A DNA stretch of 64,000 nucleotides, taken from the NCBI GenBank assembly GCA_965223855.1, contig CBDCXM010000009.1:2976001-3040000 (forward strand), in the 5' to 3' direction. Below, one piece after another: positions 1 through 13,709 of the stretch; the stretch's first letter is position 1; each line of letters opens with the position of its first letter. The stretch comes from Candidatus Multivoradales bacterium. GTDB lineage: Bacteria > Acidobacteriota > Thermoanaerobaculia > Multivoradales > JAHEKO01. A program made the position numbers and the translations under genes. A model generated the notes under the pieces. The model saw nothing but the letters and a program-made list of their open reading frames with translations. It did no database searches and had not been told where the DNA came from.

Positions 1-794
1 CGGACAAGCCGCAGACCACCCGCCACCGGATCGTCGGCCTGCTCAGCGACCCGGAGGGACAGGCGATCTTCCTCGACACCCCCGGCATGCACCGGCCCCT
101 TCATCGGCTCAACCGGCAGATGGTGTGGCACGCTCTCGAGGCGATGAAGGAGGCGGACGTGGTGTGTCTCGTCGTCGATGCCGCCACGCGCTTCGGGCAG
201 GGGGACTCCTATCTGCTCGAGTTGCTGGGGAAGCTCGAGGCTCCGAAGGTGGTCGCCCTCAACAAGATCGATCGGGTCCAGAAGAAGCGCCTCCTGCCGA
301 TCATCGAGCGCTACGGCGGGGCCGGGGAGTTCGAGGCGATCGTCCCCGTCAGCGCCGCAACCGGCGACGGTTGTCCGGAGCTCCTGGGTGAGCTTCGGCG
401 CCTCCTGCCCGCCGGGCCGCCGCTCTACGATCGCGAGCTCCTCACCACTCAGCCCGAACGCTACTTCGTTGCCGAGCGGATCCGTGAGCAGGTCCTGCAG
501 CGCACCCGCGACGAGCTGCCGTTCACGACCGCGGTGCAGATCGACCGCTGGGAGGACGCGGAGTCGGGACGGCTCGTCCTCTACGCATCGATCCTCGTCG
601 AGCGCCCGGGACAGAAGAAGATTCTGATCGGCAGGGGAGGGGAGAGCATCAAGGAGATCGGCACCCGGGCGCGGCTCGACCTCCAGGAGTTTCTCGATCG
701 GCCGGTCTATCTCGATCTGCGGGTTCGCCACGAGCCGGGATGGCGGGAGAACCGGCAACTGCTGGCGAGGCTCGAGCAGGACGTCGAGAGCTGA
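1..794 (+). CDS. era: GTPase Era (5'-partial, begins before the window)
   Basis: Frame open from position 3: DKPQTTR (G2), DTPG (G3), NKID (G4), then KH domain with IGRGGESIKEIG. Confidence 0.97.
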   Translation, partial: DKPQTTRHRIVGLLSDPEGQAIFLDTPGMHRPLHRLNRQMVWHALEAMKEADVVCLVVDAATRFGQGDSYLLELLGKLEAPKVVALNKIDRVQKKRLLPIIERYGGAGEFEAIVPVSAATGDGCPELLGELRRLLPAGPPLYDRELLTTQPERYFVAERIREQVLQRTRDELPFTTAVQIDRWEDAESGRLVLYASILVERPGQKKILIGRGGESIKEIGTRARLDLQEFLDRPVYLDLRVRHEPGWRENRQLLARLEQDVES

Positions 795-1199
795 CGCGAG
801 GCCGCAGGAGCGTTCTCGACGCCCGGCTTCACGCTTCTTCACGCCTTCCGTTGCGGCGGGTGAGAGCGCCACTCGGGCAGACACGAAGGCGCTCGGGAGG
901 GGTCGGAGCGAACGACTCCAGGTAGGGCGACCACGCCCGACAGTCGAGGGGATGTGGAGGCCTCGTTCCCTGGTGGGTCGCCGACCCTGAGGAGCCACCA
1001 GGCTCTCACTCGTGACCGGACGGGAGGTGCCCCCACTCCCGGAAGATCCGCCACCCGGGTGCCGATCCGATCCGCTCTCCCGTCTACCTGGAAGAGCGAG
1101 GGTCGCGCTTGCGATACGGTGCCCGTGCCCCGAGGAGCGGTCGCCCTCCCTTCCTTCCGCTGCCCTTGCCGACGGTCACGTGGAGGAGGGAGTAGCCGC

Positions 1200-1205
1200 T
1201 AGAAT
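1200..1205 (+). promoter_or_regulatory. Putative -10 element (TAGAAT) for mgtE
   Basis: TAnnnT hexamer in GC-rich spacer, 42 nt before the mgtE ATG. Confidence 0.4.
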
Positions 1206-1247
1206 CCTCTTTCGCCCGCATCCGCTCCGATAGCGAGCTTCACGACG

Positions 1248-2654
1248 ATGGCCAAGACACAACCCAGGGAAGTCCTCGCCGCTCACCGGCGAACCAGGCT
1301 GATCGGCGACACGCTGCGTCGACTGGCTCGCCGCGGCGCGCGGGCTCGCATCGTCAACGTTCTGGGCAAGACCCGTCCCGAGGATGTCGCGGAGGTTCTC
1401 TCCACCCTCACCCCCGCCGACCAGACCGCGATCTTCGAGATCCTGGCTGCCGAGTTCCCGGACGGCGCGGGCGAGGTGCTGATCGAGGCAGAGCCGTCGA
1501 TGCAGCTCTCGCTGCTCGAAGGGCTGGACGCGGACGGCATCGCGCGCATCCTCTCCCAGCAGCCAGTGGACGACCGGGTGGCGATCATCGAGGTGCTGCC
1601 GGAGGATCGCCGGGAGGAGGTGCTCGAGCTCGTCAACATGGCGGCTCGCACCGAGGTGCAGACCCATCTGCGCTACGGCGACGACACCGCCGGGCGCATC
1701 ATGGACACTCAGTTCTACGCGCTCGAGGAGGACAAGACGATCGCCGAAGCGATCGCGGCGCTGCAGGAGTCGCGGGACCTCGAGAACATCTTCTATCTCT
1801 ACGTGATCGACGATGGAGGTCACCTCAAGGGGGTGACCTCGTTGCGCCAACTGCTCCTCACCGGCCCCGATCGCCCGCTCGGCGGGGTGATGACGGAGGC
1901 GGTGATCAAGGCTCACATCGAGACCGACCAGGAGGAGGTCGCGGAGCTCGCGACCCGGTACAACCTGCTCGCTGTACCCGTGGTGGACGATGACAATCGG
2001 CTGGTCGGGATCGTCACCGTGGACGACATCATCGACGTCGTCCAGGACGAGGCCACCGAGGACTTCCTGAAGATGGTCGGCACGACCGACGACGAACTCG
2101 TCTATCAGGACCGTTCGTTCCGGGTCGCCGGCATCCGCCTGCCGTGGCTGGTGGTCAATCTCGTCGGCCTGGTAGCGGCGGGGTGGCTGTTGAGCGGCTA
2201 CGCAGACACGCTCGGGCAGGGGCTCTACGTGACCCTCTACGCCTTCGTCCCGGCGATCATGGGCATGGGCGGCAACATCGGCAGCCAGACGTCGACGATC
2301 GCCGTGCGGGGATTGGCGACAGGGCGTGTCTCGCTCGCCCGCGGTCAGACCCGCACCTTCCTCTGGCAGCAGCTCAAGGTCGGCGTCATCCTGGGTCTCT
2401 CGTGCGCGGCGCTGGTGGGAGGGGTCGCCTTCTTCTGGAAGGCTAGCCCCTTCCACGGTGTCGTCGTCGGAACTTCGATGTGTCTCGCCATCCTCCTTGC
2501 CTCGCTCACCGGTGCGCTGATTCCCGTCGCCTTCGAGCGGCTCGGCATCGACCCGGCAGTCGCCGCCGGTCCACTCGTCACGACGCTCAACGACATCACC
2601 GGAATCCTCATCTACTTCAGTCTCGCCCGATCGCTGTCGACTCTGCTGCTCTGA
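1248..2654 (+). CDS. mgtE: Magnesium transporter MgtE
   Basis: N-domain, CBS pair (TAGRIM, GIVTVDDI), RLPWL, GGNIGSQT, DPAVAAGPLVTTLND. Confidence 0.96.
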   Translation: MAKTQPREVLAAHRRTRLIGDTLRRLARRGARARIVNVLGKTRPEDVAEVLSTLTPADQTAIFEILAAEFPDGAGEVLIEAEPSMQLSLLEGLDADGIARILSQQPVDDRVAIIEVLPEDRREEVLELVNMAARTEVQTHLRYGDDTAGRIMDTQFYALEEDKTIAEAIAALQESRDLENIFYLYVIDDGGHLKGVTSLRQLLLTGPDRPLGGVMTEAVIKAHIETDQEEVAELATRYNLLAVPVVDDDNRLVGIVTVDDIIDVVQDEATEDFLKMVGTTDDELVYQDRSFRVAGIRLPWLVVNLVGLVAAGWLLSGYADTLGQGLYVTLYAFVPAIMGMGGNIGSQTSTIAVRGLATGRVSLARGQTRTFLWQQLKVGVILGLSCAALVGGVAFFWKASPFHGVVVGTSMCLAILLASLTGALIPVAFERLGIDPAVAAGPLVTTLNDITGILIYFSLARSLSTLLL

Positions 2655-2658
2655 ATCG

Positions 2659-3389
2659 ATGCTCCAAAGCGCGGAAGTACTGCTGCTGGACGTCTTCGAT
2701 CTCCAGGAGAACGACAGGATCGTGACCTGGCTCTCGCCGATCCATGGCAAGGTTCGCGGCGTGGCGAAGGGCGCGAGGCGCAAGTACAGCCGGTTCGCCG
2801 GGGCGCTCCAGCCTCTGGCGAAAGCCAAGGCGACCTGGTTCCAGAAGGAGGGCCGCGATCTGGCGCGGATCTCTGCGGTCGAGCTGGTGCGACCGGCGCG
2901 CCGTCTCCAGTCGGACCTCGAGGGGATCCTGCTCGGCGGCTACCTGGCAGGGCACGTCCTCGAGTTCGCGCAGGAGAACGAGCCGAGCGAGCACCTCTTC
3001 CGCCTCCTGGACTCCACCCTCGTCGCGCTGCTCGACGGACTCGACCGCCACCTCGCCGCACGCTACTTCGAGGCGTGGATGCTGCGGCTCGCCGGGGTGT
3101 TTCCGACGCCGCTCGAATGCCCGTCCTGCGGGCGCGATCTCGCCACCGGGGCGGTCCTCGCTCCTGGAGACGAGGGGTTGACCTGCCGGGAGTGTTCGCC
3201 CGAGGGACGATCGGTGTCGGCTGGAGCGATTCTCCTCCTGCGCAGAATGCGAGTGCAGTCGGTGCAGCAGATCGCGAGCGATCCGCCCGATCGAGGCGAG
3301 ATCGACGAAATCGAGACGATTTGTGGAAGGATTCGACGCGCCTTCCTTCAGCATGAACTGAAGAGCTATCGCGTGATGCGGGAGACCTT

Positions 3390-3411
<22 letters not shown>
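2659..3411 (+). CDS. recO: DNA repair protein RecO
   Basis: [19 protein letters not shown]-fold, CxxC..CxxC zinc finger; era-recO-glyQ context. Confidence 0.93.
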
Positions 3412-4284
<873 letters not shown>

Positions 4285-4298
<14 letters not shown>

Positions 4299-6383
4299 GT
4301 TTCTTCTGGAGGTGCGGGCGGAGGAGATCCCTGCCCGCATGCTGCGCCCGGCCGCCGACGAGTTGCGACAGTCGCTGGCGGCCGAACTCGAGCGGCTCTC
4401 GCTCTCGGGGCGTGGGATCGAGACCACCTTCACGCCACGCCGGCTGGTCCTCGTGGCACGCGGCCTGCCGGCCCGGGAGCCCGACCGATCCGAGCGTCAG
4501 GTCGGGCCGCCGAAGTCGGCGGCTTTCGACGCCGAGGGGGTGCCGACGGCTGCCGCTCTCGGCTTTGCACGCAGGTGCGGGGTCGAGGTCGAGGCACTCC
4601 AGGTGGTCGAGACCGACAAGGGCGAATACCTGGCTGTGGACTCTGATGTCGAAGGGCGGCCGACCGGAGAGGTGCTGGCCGGGATCGTGCCGGGGATCGT
4701 CGAGAGCCTGAGTTGGCCGAAGACGATGCGTTGGGGAACCGACACCGGCCCCTGGGTTCGGCCGGTACATGGCATCCTCGCCCTCTTCGAGGAGGCGGTC
4801 GTCGCCTTCGAGCTCTTCGGGGTCGCCAGCGACGGCTCGACCGTGGGACACCCGATCCACTCCCCGAAGGCGTTTGAGGTCAAGGGATGGGCGGACTACC
4901 GGCGCAAACTGCGACGGCGCAAGGTCGAGATCGACTACGAGGCACGACGGAACCACCTCGCCTCGGCGATGAACGAACTGGCACGCGAAGCGGGAGGCAC
5001 CGTGGTCGAGGACCTCGAGCTTCTCGACAAGCTGGCGTCGATCTGCGAGGTCCCCGGCGTGGTGATGGGAGAGTTCTCACCCGAGTTCTCGAGCCTGCCG
5101 AGAGAGGTCCTGATCGCCAGCCTCAGGGATCATCAAAGCGCCTTCACCGTCGAGAGCGGCGACGAGCTTCTGCCCGTCTTTCTGACGGTCATGGACCGCG
5201 CCGACGATCCGGCAGGGCGGGTGCGGGCGGGCAACGAGTGGGTAGTCGACGCGCGCCTCGCCGATGCGCGCTTCTTCTACGACGAGGACCGGAAGCGGAC
5301 GCTCGAACAAGGAGCCGATCGCCTCGAGTCCCTGACCTTTCACGTCAGGCTCGGCAACTACGCCGACAAGACGAGGCGGGTGAAGCGGCTCGCGAGCTTC
5401 CTTTGCGACGCGCTCGACTGGAAGAACGAGAAGGCGGCGGCCGAGCAGGCGGCAGGCCTCCTGAAGGCGGACCTCCCCTGCGAGATGGTCAAGGAGTTCA
5501 CCTCCCTGCAAGGGGTGATCGGAGGCCTCTACGCCCGTGAAGACGGATTGCCGGACGAGGTGTGGCAGGCGGTGTACGACCAGTACCTCCCGGCGGGAGC
5601 AAGCGATGCGATCCCCAGAAGCAAGGCAGGTCTGGTGTGCGCGATCGCCGATCGCATCGACACGTTGGTCGGTATCTTCGGGCTCGGCGAGAAGCCGACC
5701 GGCAGCCGCGACCCCTTCGGCCTGCGGCGCGCGGCTCAAGGGATTCTGCGGATCGTCCTCGAGGCGGAGCTGTCGCTCGATCTGGACCTGGTGGCGGCGC
5801 AGGCGGCACTTCTGTACGGAGACCGCCTTTCGATGCCGGCCGACGAGGTACCGGCGGTGTTGCGCCCGTTCCTGGAGGACCGGATCCGCCACCTGCTGGG
5901 GCTCGAAGGCTACGCCTACGACGAGATCGAAGCCGCTCTCGCCGTCGGCTTCGCCGATCTGCCGGACCTTCGTGCGCGAGTGCGCGCGCTTCACTCGATG
6001 CGCCGGGACGCGGGCTTTCTCGCCGTGGTGCAGGCCGCCAAGCGGATCTCCAACATCCTCCGCGACGCTCCCGAGAGGGAGTTTTCGAAGGAGCTGCTGC
6101 GCGAACCGGCAGAGAAGGCACTCTGGGAGTCGTCACGCACGCTGCGGCTCGACGTGGAGCAGGAGGCGGCACGCGGCGACTACGAGGCGTGCTTCCACAA
6201 GATCGCCGCGTTCGCGGAAGTGCTCGAAACCTTCTTCGCCGAGGTGCTGGTGATGGACGAGAACCGGGAACTCAGGAGCAACCGGCTGGCACTGCTGCAG
6301 TCGATTCAGCGAACCCTGTCGAAGACCGCGAGACTCTCCGAGGTCGTCGTCGACAGGACCGAGGGAAGGAAGGGGCACGGCTC

Positions 6384-6387
<4 letters not shown>
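4285..6387 (+). CDS. glyS: Glycine-tRNA ligase beta subunit
   Basis: ATG at 4285 ([16 protein letters not shown]), [41 protein letters not shown] anticodon domain. Confidence 0.96.
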
Positions 6388-9083
<2,696 letters not shown>

Positions 9084-9092
9084 GCCGCACCG

Positions 9093-9695
9093 ATGAGCCG
9101 CCTCGAACGTTCCCAACTCCCCGAGGAGCCGCTCGACCTCTTCCGTGACTGGTACCGGGCGGTCGGGCACGCCGGTTTCATCGAGCCCACCGCCATGGTT
9201 CTCGCCACGGCGGACGCGCGGGGAAGACCCTCGGCAAGGGTCGTGCTGCTCAAAGGCCTCGACGAACGGGGCTTCGTCTTCTACACCAACTACGGGAGCC
9301 GCAAAGGTCGTGAGCTGGCCGAGAATCCCCATGCCGCTCTCACGTTCTGGTGGGACCTGCTCGAGCGACAGGTCCGCGTCGAGGGGACGGTAGAGCAGCT
9401 ACCTGCCGAGGAGTCGGATGCCTACTTCGCCGGTCGACCGCGGGCGAGTCGCATCGGCGCGCATGCCTCGGACCAGAGCCGCCCGCTCGCCTCCCGCGAC
9501 GAACTCGAGGCACACCTGGCAGAACAGGAGCGGCGCTTCGACGGCGAGGAGGTTCCCCGACCGGAGCACTGGGGCGGCTTCCTGCTCGATCCGCAGGCCA
9601 TCGAGTTCTGGCAGCAGGGCGAGTTCCGGTTGCACGATCGCTTCCGCTACGAACGTTCCGAAGGTGGTTGGAGGCTCGAGCGTCTCGCCCCTTAG
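9093..9695 (+). CDS. pdxH: Pyridoxamine 5'-phosphate oxidase
   Basis: PSARVVLLK, FYTNYGSRKG, RQVRVEG, EFWQ..RLHDR, RLAP end. Confidence 0.96.
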   Translation: MSRLERSQLPEEPLDLFRDWYRAVGHAGFIEPTAMVLATADARGRPSARVVLLKGLDERGFVFYTNYGSRKGRELAENPHAALTFWWDLLERQVRVEGTVEQLPAEESDAYFAGRPRASRIGAHASDQSRPLASRDELEAHLAEQERRFDGEEVPRPEHWGGFLLDPQAIEFWQQGEFRLHDRFRYERSEGGWRLERLAP

Positions 9696-11067
9696 GCCTG
9701 CATCCCCACCACCGACCCACCGCACACTGGCCGCGCTCCTCGCATTGCTGGTGCCGGTCTTCGCCGGATGTACGTCGCCGCCGGCCGGGGAGGGAAGAGG
9801 GTTGCCGGACATCCTCCTCCTCTCGCTCGACACCGTGCGCGCGGACGCCATCGGTCGCTCGCCGACGGTCACACCCCACCTCGATCGGCTGATGGCCGAG
9901 TCGATCGTCTTCGAGCGTGCCGTGAGCGAGATGCCATTCACCCTCGCCGCACACATGACCCTCCTCACCGGGACAGCTCCCGACGTACACCAGGTGACGA
10001 GAGAGGGGCATCGTCTCGCTGACGGAGTCCCTGCCCTCGCCGAGCTCCTGAGGGGGGCCGGCTACCGGACGGTCGCCGTCGTGAGCTCGAGCTGGATCGG
10101 CCCCGACTTCGGCTTCTCCAGGGGCTTCGACACGTTCCACGAGGTGCCGCACGGCCTCGCCACCGGTGAGAGGGTTCTCGAACTCGCCGACCGGGAGATC
10201 GCAGCCTCTGCGGGGCCGCTCTTTCTCTTCGTCCACGACTACGACGCGCATTCGGACTTCGAGCGCAACGGAAATCTGTGGCCGTACTTCGCCTCGGATG
10301 CAGGGCTCGATCGTCTTCCGGACGAGTGCGTAGAGCATCGCTGTTCCCCCGAGGCGAAGTGCGCGACCGGCTATCTGGGCTGGGCCAACCGCAACCCGGA
10401 TCAGGTCTCGGCCGCCGCCGTAGCCTGCCTGCACGGCGCCTACCTCGAGGGGGTGAGAGACCTCGATCGACGCCTCGGCGGCTGGTTGGACGGGCTCCGC
10501 GGCAACGGCTGGTACGACGACGCAGCGATCCTCCTCACTTCCGACCACGGCGAGGAGTTCGCAGAGCACGGGCTCTTCCTGCACTCGAGGGTTCATCACG
10601 AGACCACCGCGATCCCTCTCGCTCTCAAGCCCCCCGGTGCAGCGGGGGTGGGACGGCGCGATCGCCGGCTGGCGCAGCTCGCGGACGTGGCTCCGACCTT
10701 GCTGGGCCTCGTCGGTGTGGAGGTTCCGGCGCAGATGACCGGCTACGACCTCCTCGGTGACGAAGTCCGACCGGAAGCCGTCAGTCAGAACAAGCACCGC
10801 CCGGTGCGCTACGCCGTCGTGAGTGGACGGTGGAAGCTGATTCACGACGACACCACCGGACGAGCGCTCCTGTACGACCTGAGCACCGACCCCGGCGAAC
10901 TCACGGACGTGGCCCGTCAACACCCCGCCGAGGTGGCGCGGCTGCGTCTCCGGTTGGAGGATCTGCGACGAGCCTGGAGCGAAGGAGCGCCGGACGGCGC
11001 GGCTCGAGGCAACGAGCTCGATCCCGAACGCCGCAAGACCCTCGAAGCGCTCGGCTACCTGAACTGA
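9664..11067 (+). CDS. Sulfatase-like (alkaline phosphatase superfamily) lipoprotein; start uncertain
   Basis: Lipobox-like FAGC, LDTVRAD, FTLAAHMTLLTG, TSDHGEEF, C-terminal LEALGYL; GTG at 9664 is the nearest plausible start. Confidence 0.8.
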   Translation: MVGGSSVSPLRPASPPPTHRTLAALLALLVPVFAGCTSPPAGEGRGLPDILLLSLDTVRADAIGRSPTVTPHLDRLMAESIVFERAVSEMPFTLAAHMTLLTGTAPDVHQVTREGHRLADGVPALAELLRGAGYRTVAVVSSSWIGPDFGFSRGFDTFHEVPHGLATGERVLELADREIAASAGPLFLFVHDYDAHSDFERNGNLWPYFASDAGLDRLPDECVEHRCSPEAKCATGYLGWANRNPDQVSAAAVACLHGAYLEGVRDLDRRLGGWLDGLRGNGWYDDAAILLTSDHGEEFAEHGLFLHSRVHHETTAIPLALKPPGAAGVGRRDRRLAQLADVAPTLLGLVGVEVPAQMTGYDLLGDEVRPEAVSQNKHRPVRYAVVSGRWKLIHDDTTGRALLYDLSTDPGELTDVARQHPAEVARLRLRLEDLRRAWSEGAPDGAARGNELDPERRKTLEALGYLN

Positions 11068-11118
11068 CCGGCGAACGGCGACCAGGGTCGGCGCGGAACG
11101 ATCAGGTAGAGTTCCTGC

Positions 11119-12912
11119 TTGGCCAGGATCCGCATCCTCTCCGACCGCCTCGCCAGCCAGATCGCCGCCGGTGAAGTCGTCGAGCGTCCCGCCACGGTCG
11201 TCAAGGAGCTGTTCGAGAACTCGCTCGACGCCGGCGCTCGTGCGATCGACGTGGAGCTCGAGGCCGGCGGCAAGCGGCGGATCGTCGTCTCCGACGACGG
11301 CGAAGGGATGGATGCCGACGACGCCCTGCTGGCGTTCGATCGGCACGCGACCAGCAAGATCCGCGAGTTCGACGACCTCGAGCGGGTCGCGACCTTCGGG
11401 TTCCGCGGCGAGGCGCTCGCTTCGATCGCCGCCGTGGCGCGAGTCGAGCTGACGACTGCGCGCGAAGCCGGTGAAGGAACTCGCGTGCGGATCGAGGGAG
11501 GCCGGGTGCGGTCGGTGGAACCCGCGGCCCGGCCGCGCGGCACCCGCATCGAGATTGCGAGCCTCTTCTACAACGTACCGGCCCGCCGCAAGTTCCTCAA
11601 GACCCCGGCGACCGAGCTTCGTCATGCGAGCGCCGTGGTCCAGGCCTACGCCCTCGCGCTGCCGGCTTTGACGGCTTCGCTGCGACACGACGGCAAGGCG
11701 CTCCTCGAGGCGCAGGCACTCGCCGACGACCGCGACAGTGTGCGGGAGCGCGTGCGCCAGATCTTCGGCGACCGTCTCGGCGACGGTCTCACTCCTGTCC
11801 CCTCGCGCCGGATTCCGGGTGGCGGCGAGGTGTGGGGCTATCTCGGCGGGCCGGGGAGCGGAGGCGCGAGGCGGGCCTTCACGTTCGTCAACCGGCGCTC
11901 GATCCGGGACCGCGCCGTCATGGCGACGTTCTACCGCGCCGTGCGCGAGGAGTGGCACAGCGAGGAGTTTCCGGCACTCTTCCTCTTCGTCGACCTGCCC
12001 CCGGAGGCCGTCGACGTCAACGTCCATCCTCAGAAGACGGAAGTGCGATTCCGCGACCGCGCCGTGCTTTCGCAAGTCGCCTCGGCCCTCAGGGAGGGCC
12101 TTGCAGCATCGCGGGGCGAGATCGAGGCCACGCCGGCAGGGTTCGAAGGCGTTCTCACCGGTCCCGCGGTGTGGAGAGGATCGGGGGCAGGTGCTCCCGT
12201 TCCCTCGCCTGCCGGGGTGGGAGCCGGAGAGAGGACAGGGGAGGCCGTCGCGGAAGGACATCGCCTCGCGGAAGCCGTCTACGCCCCGCTGGAGCGCAGT
12301 GCTGTGCCGCTGTCGGGCCGCTCCGGCGAAGCGCGTCCCTTCCGGCTGCTGGGACAGTACAAGGGGACTCTGCTGCTGCTGGAGGGTCCGGACGGGCTCT
12401 ACCTGATCGACCAGCATGTAGCCCACGAGCGGATCCTGTTCGAGCGGATCCGCCGATCGATGAGCGCCGAGGCTCCCCGGGTCCAGGCCTTGCTCCAGCC
12501 GATGGTCCTCGATCTCGCGCCGAGCGAAAGCCTCAAGCTGGCGGAGCAGTTCGAGGCGCTCGGGCGCTGCGGTTTCGACCTGAACCACCTGTCGGGAGAC
12601 TCGCTGGCCCTCGCTGGAGCACCGGCCGGTCTGCCGGTCAGCGAGGCCGAGGGGGTTCTGCGTCGACTGGCCGCCTCGACTCACGACCTCGATGACCCCG
12701 AGGAGATGCGGTCGGCGATTCTCGAGAGCTGGGCGGCCGATGCCTCGTGCAAGGCCGCCGTGAAGATGCACGAGCCGCTTTCCGCACCCGAGATGGAAGC
12801 TCTCGTTCGGGAACTCTTCGAAGCGGAGCAGCCCTACGCCTGCCCCCACGGGCGGCCGATCGTGCTGCGAATGACCGATCGTGACCTCGAAACGAAGTTC
12901 GGCAGGCGCTGA
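11119..12912 (+). CDS. mutL: DNA mismatch repair endonuclease MutL
   Basis: QIAAGEVVERP, HATSKI, GFRGEAL, DVNVHPQK; endonuclease motifs DQHVAHERILFE, SCK, CPHGRP. Confidence 0.97.
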   Translation: MARIRILSDRLASQIAAGEVVERPATVVKELFENSLDAGARAIDVELEAGGKRRIVVSDDGEGMDADDALLAFDRHATSKIREFDDLERVATFGFRGEALASIAAVARVELTTAREAGEGTRVRIEGGRVRSVEPAARPRGTRIEIASLFYNVPARRKFLKTPATELRHASAVVQAYALALPALTASLRHDGKALLEAQALADDRDSVRERVRQIFGDRLGDGLTPVPSRRIPGGGEVWGYLGGPGSGGARRAFTFVNRRSIRDRAVMATFYRAVREEWHSEEFPALFLFVDLPPEAVDVNVHPQKTEVRFRDRAVLSQVASALREGLAASRGEIEATPAGFEGVLTGPAVWRGSGAGAPVPSPAGVGAGERTGEAVAEGHRLAEAVYAPLERSAVPLSGRSGEARPFRLLGQYKGTLLLLEGPDGLYLIDQHVAHERILFERIRRSMSAEAPRVQALLQPMVLDLAPSESLKLAEQFEALGRCGFDLNHLSGDSLALAGAPAGLPVSEAEGVLRRLAASTHDLDDPEEMRSAILESWAADASCKAAVKMHEPLSAPEMEALVRELFEAEQPYACPHGRPIVLRMTDRDLETKFGRR

Positions 12913-13613
12913 TGGGGATCTTCCGTCGCAGCCCCGACGAACTGCGAGAGATCGAGCGCCGGCTCGGCTATCGCTTCAGAGACCGAGAGCTCCTCGCCCT
13001 CGCCCTGACCCATCGCTCCTACGCCAACGAGCAGGGTCTGGAGGGGCACTACGAGCGCCTGGAGTTTCTCGGCGACGCCGTACTCGAACTGGTGACCGCC
13101 GACTGGCTCTATCGACGCAACCCCGAGGGCTCGGAGGGGGATCTGTCGAAGACCAAGAGCTTTCTCGTCTCGGAGCCTGTGCTGGCCGGGCTCGGGGAAG
13201 AGCTCGGGCTGGGGGCCGCGATGCGACTGGGCGTGGGAGAGGAGCGCTCGGGAGGTCGTGAGAAACCGTCGCTGCTGGCGGACGCCGTCGAGGCCGTTCT
13301 CGGGGCGATGTACCTCGACGGTGGCCTCGATGTCGCCCGCACGGCTGTCGTCCGCCTTCTGGGTCGCGTCGAGCAGGAGGACGCGGGGAGTTTGCCCGCC
13401 GATGCGAAGTCGGCCCTACAGGAACGTCTCCAGGGGGACGGACGGCCCCTGCCCCGGTATCGTCTGGTGGCCAGCGACGGACCGGACCACGCACGGACCT
13501 TCACCATCGAGGTGGAGATCGAGGGGGAGCGGCTCGGCGTCGGTAGCGGCGGCAGCAAGAAGACGGCAGAGCAGCAGGCCGCGAGGGAAGCGCTCGAGCG
13601 CCTCGATCTTTGA
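12912..13613 (+). CDS. rnc: Ribonuclease III
   Basis: ALTHRS, ERLEFLGDAVL signature, ADAVEA, C-terminal dsRBD. Confidence 0.97.
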   Translation: MGIFRRSPDELREIERRLGYRFRDRELLALALTHRSYANEQGLEGHYERLEFLGDAVLELVTADWLYRRNPEGSEGDLSKTKSFLVSEPVLAGLGEELGLGAAMRLGVGEERSGGREKPSLLADAVEAVLGAMYLDGGLDVARTAVVRLLGRVEQEDAGSLPADAKSALQERLQGDGRPLPRYRLVASDGPDHARTFTIEVEIEGERLGVGSGGSKKTAEQQAAREALERLDL

Positions 13614-13681
13614 CCTCGGATGCCACGGGGGAGGCACCGGGCCCGACCGGGTCGCCGCGGCAGGGATCGCCCGAAGCGCAG

Positions 13682-13687
13682 TACAAT
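13682..13687 (+). promoter_or_regulatory. Putative -10 element (TACAAT) for asnS
   Basis: Near-consensus hexamer upstream of GGAGA SD and ATG 13710. Confidence 0.5.
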
Positions 13688-13709
13688 CCGCCGTCAACGG
13701 AGAATCTCC

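Noticed and set aside
5562-6383. 274-aa N-terminal extension of PpdK in the ORF track (1173 aa)
   Set aside because: It overlaps glyS in another frame and is Arg/Gly/Pro-rich shadow sequence; PpdK homology starts at ATG 6384 (ATGA coupling)
9340-12849. 1169-aa minus-strand ORF
   Set aside because: Antisense shadow of pdxH, the sulfatase-like gene and mutL; no motifs; long stop-free antisense frames are expected at this GC content
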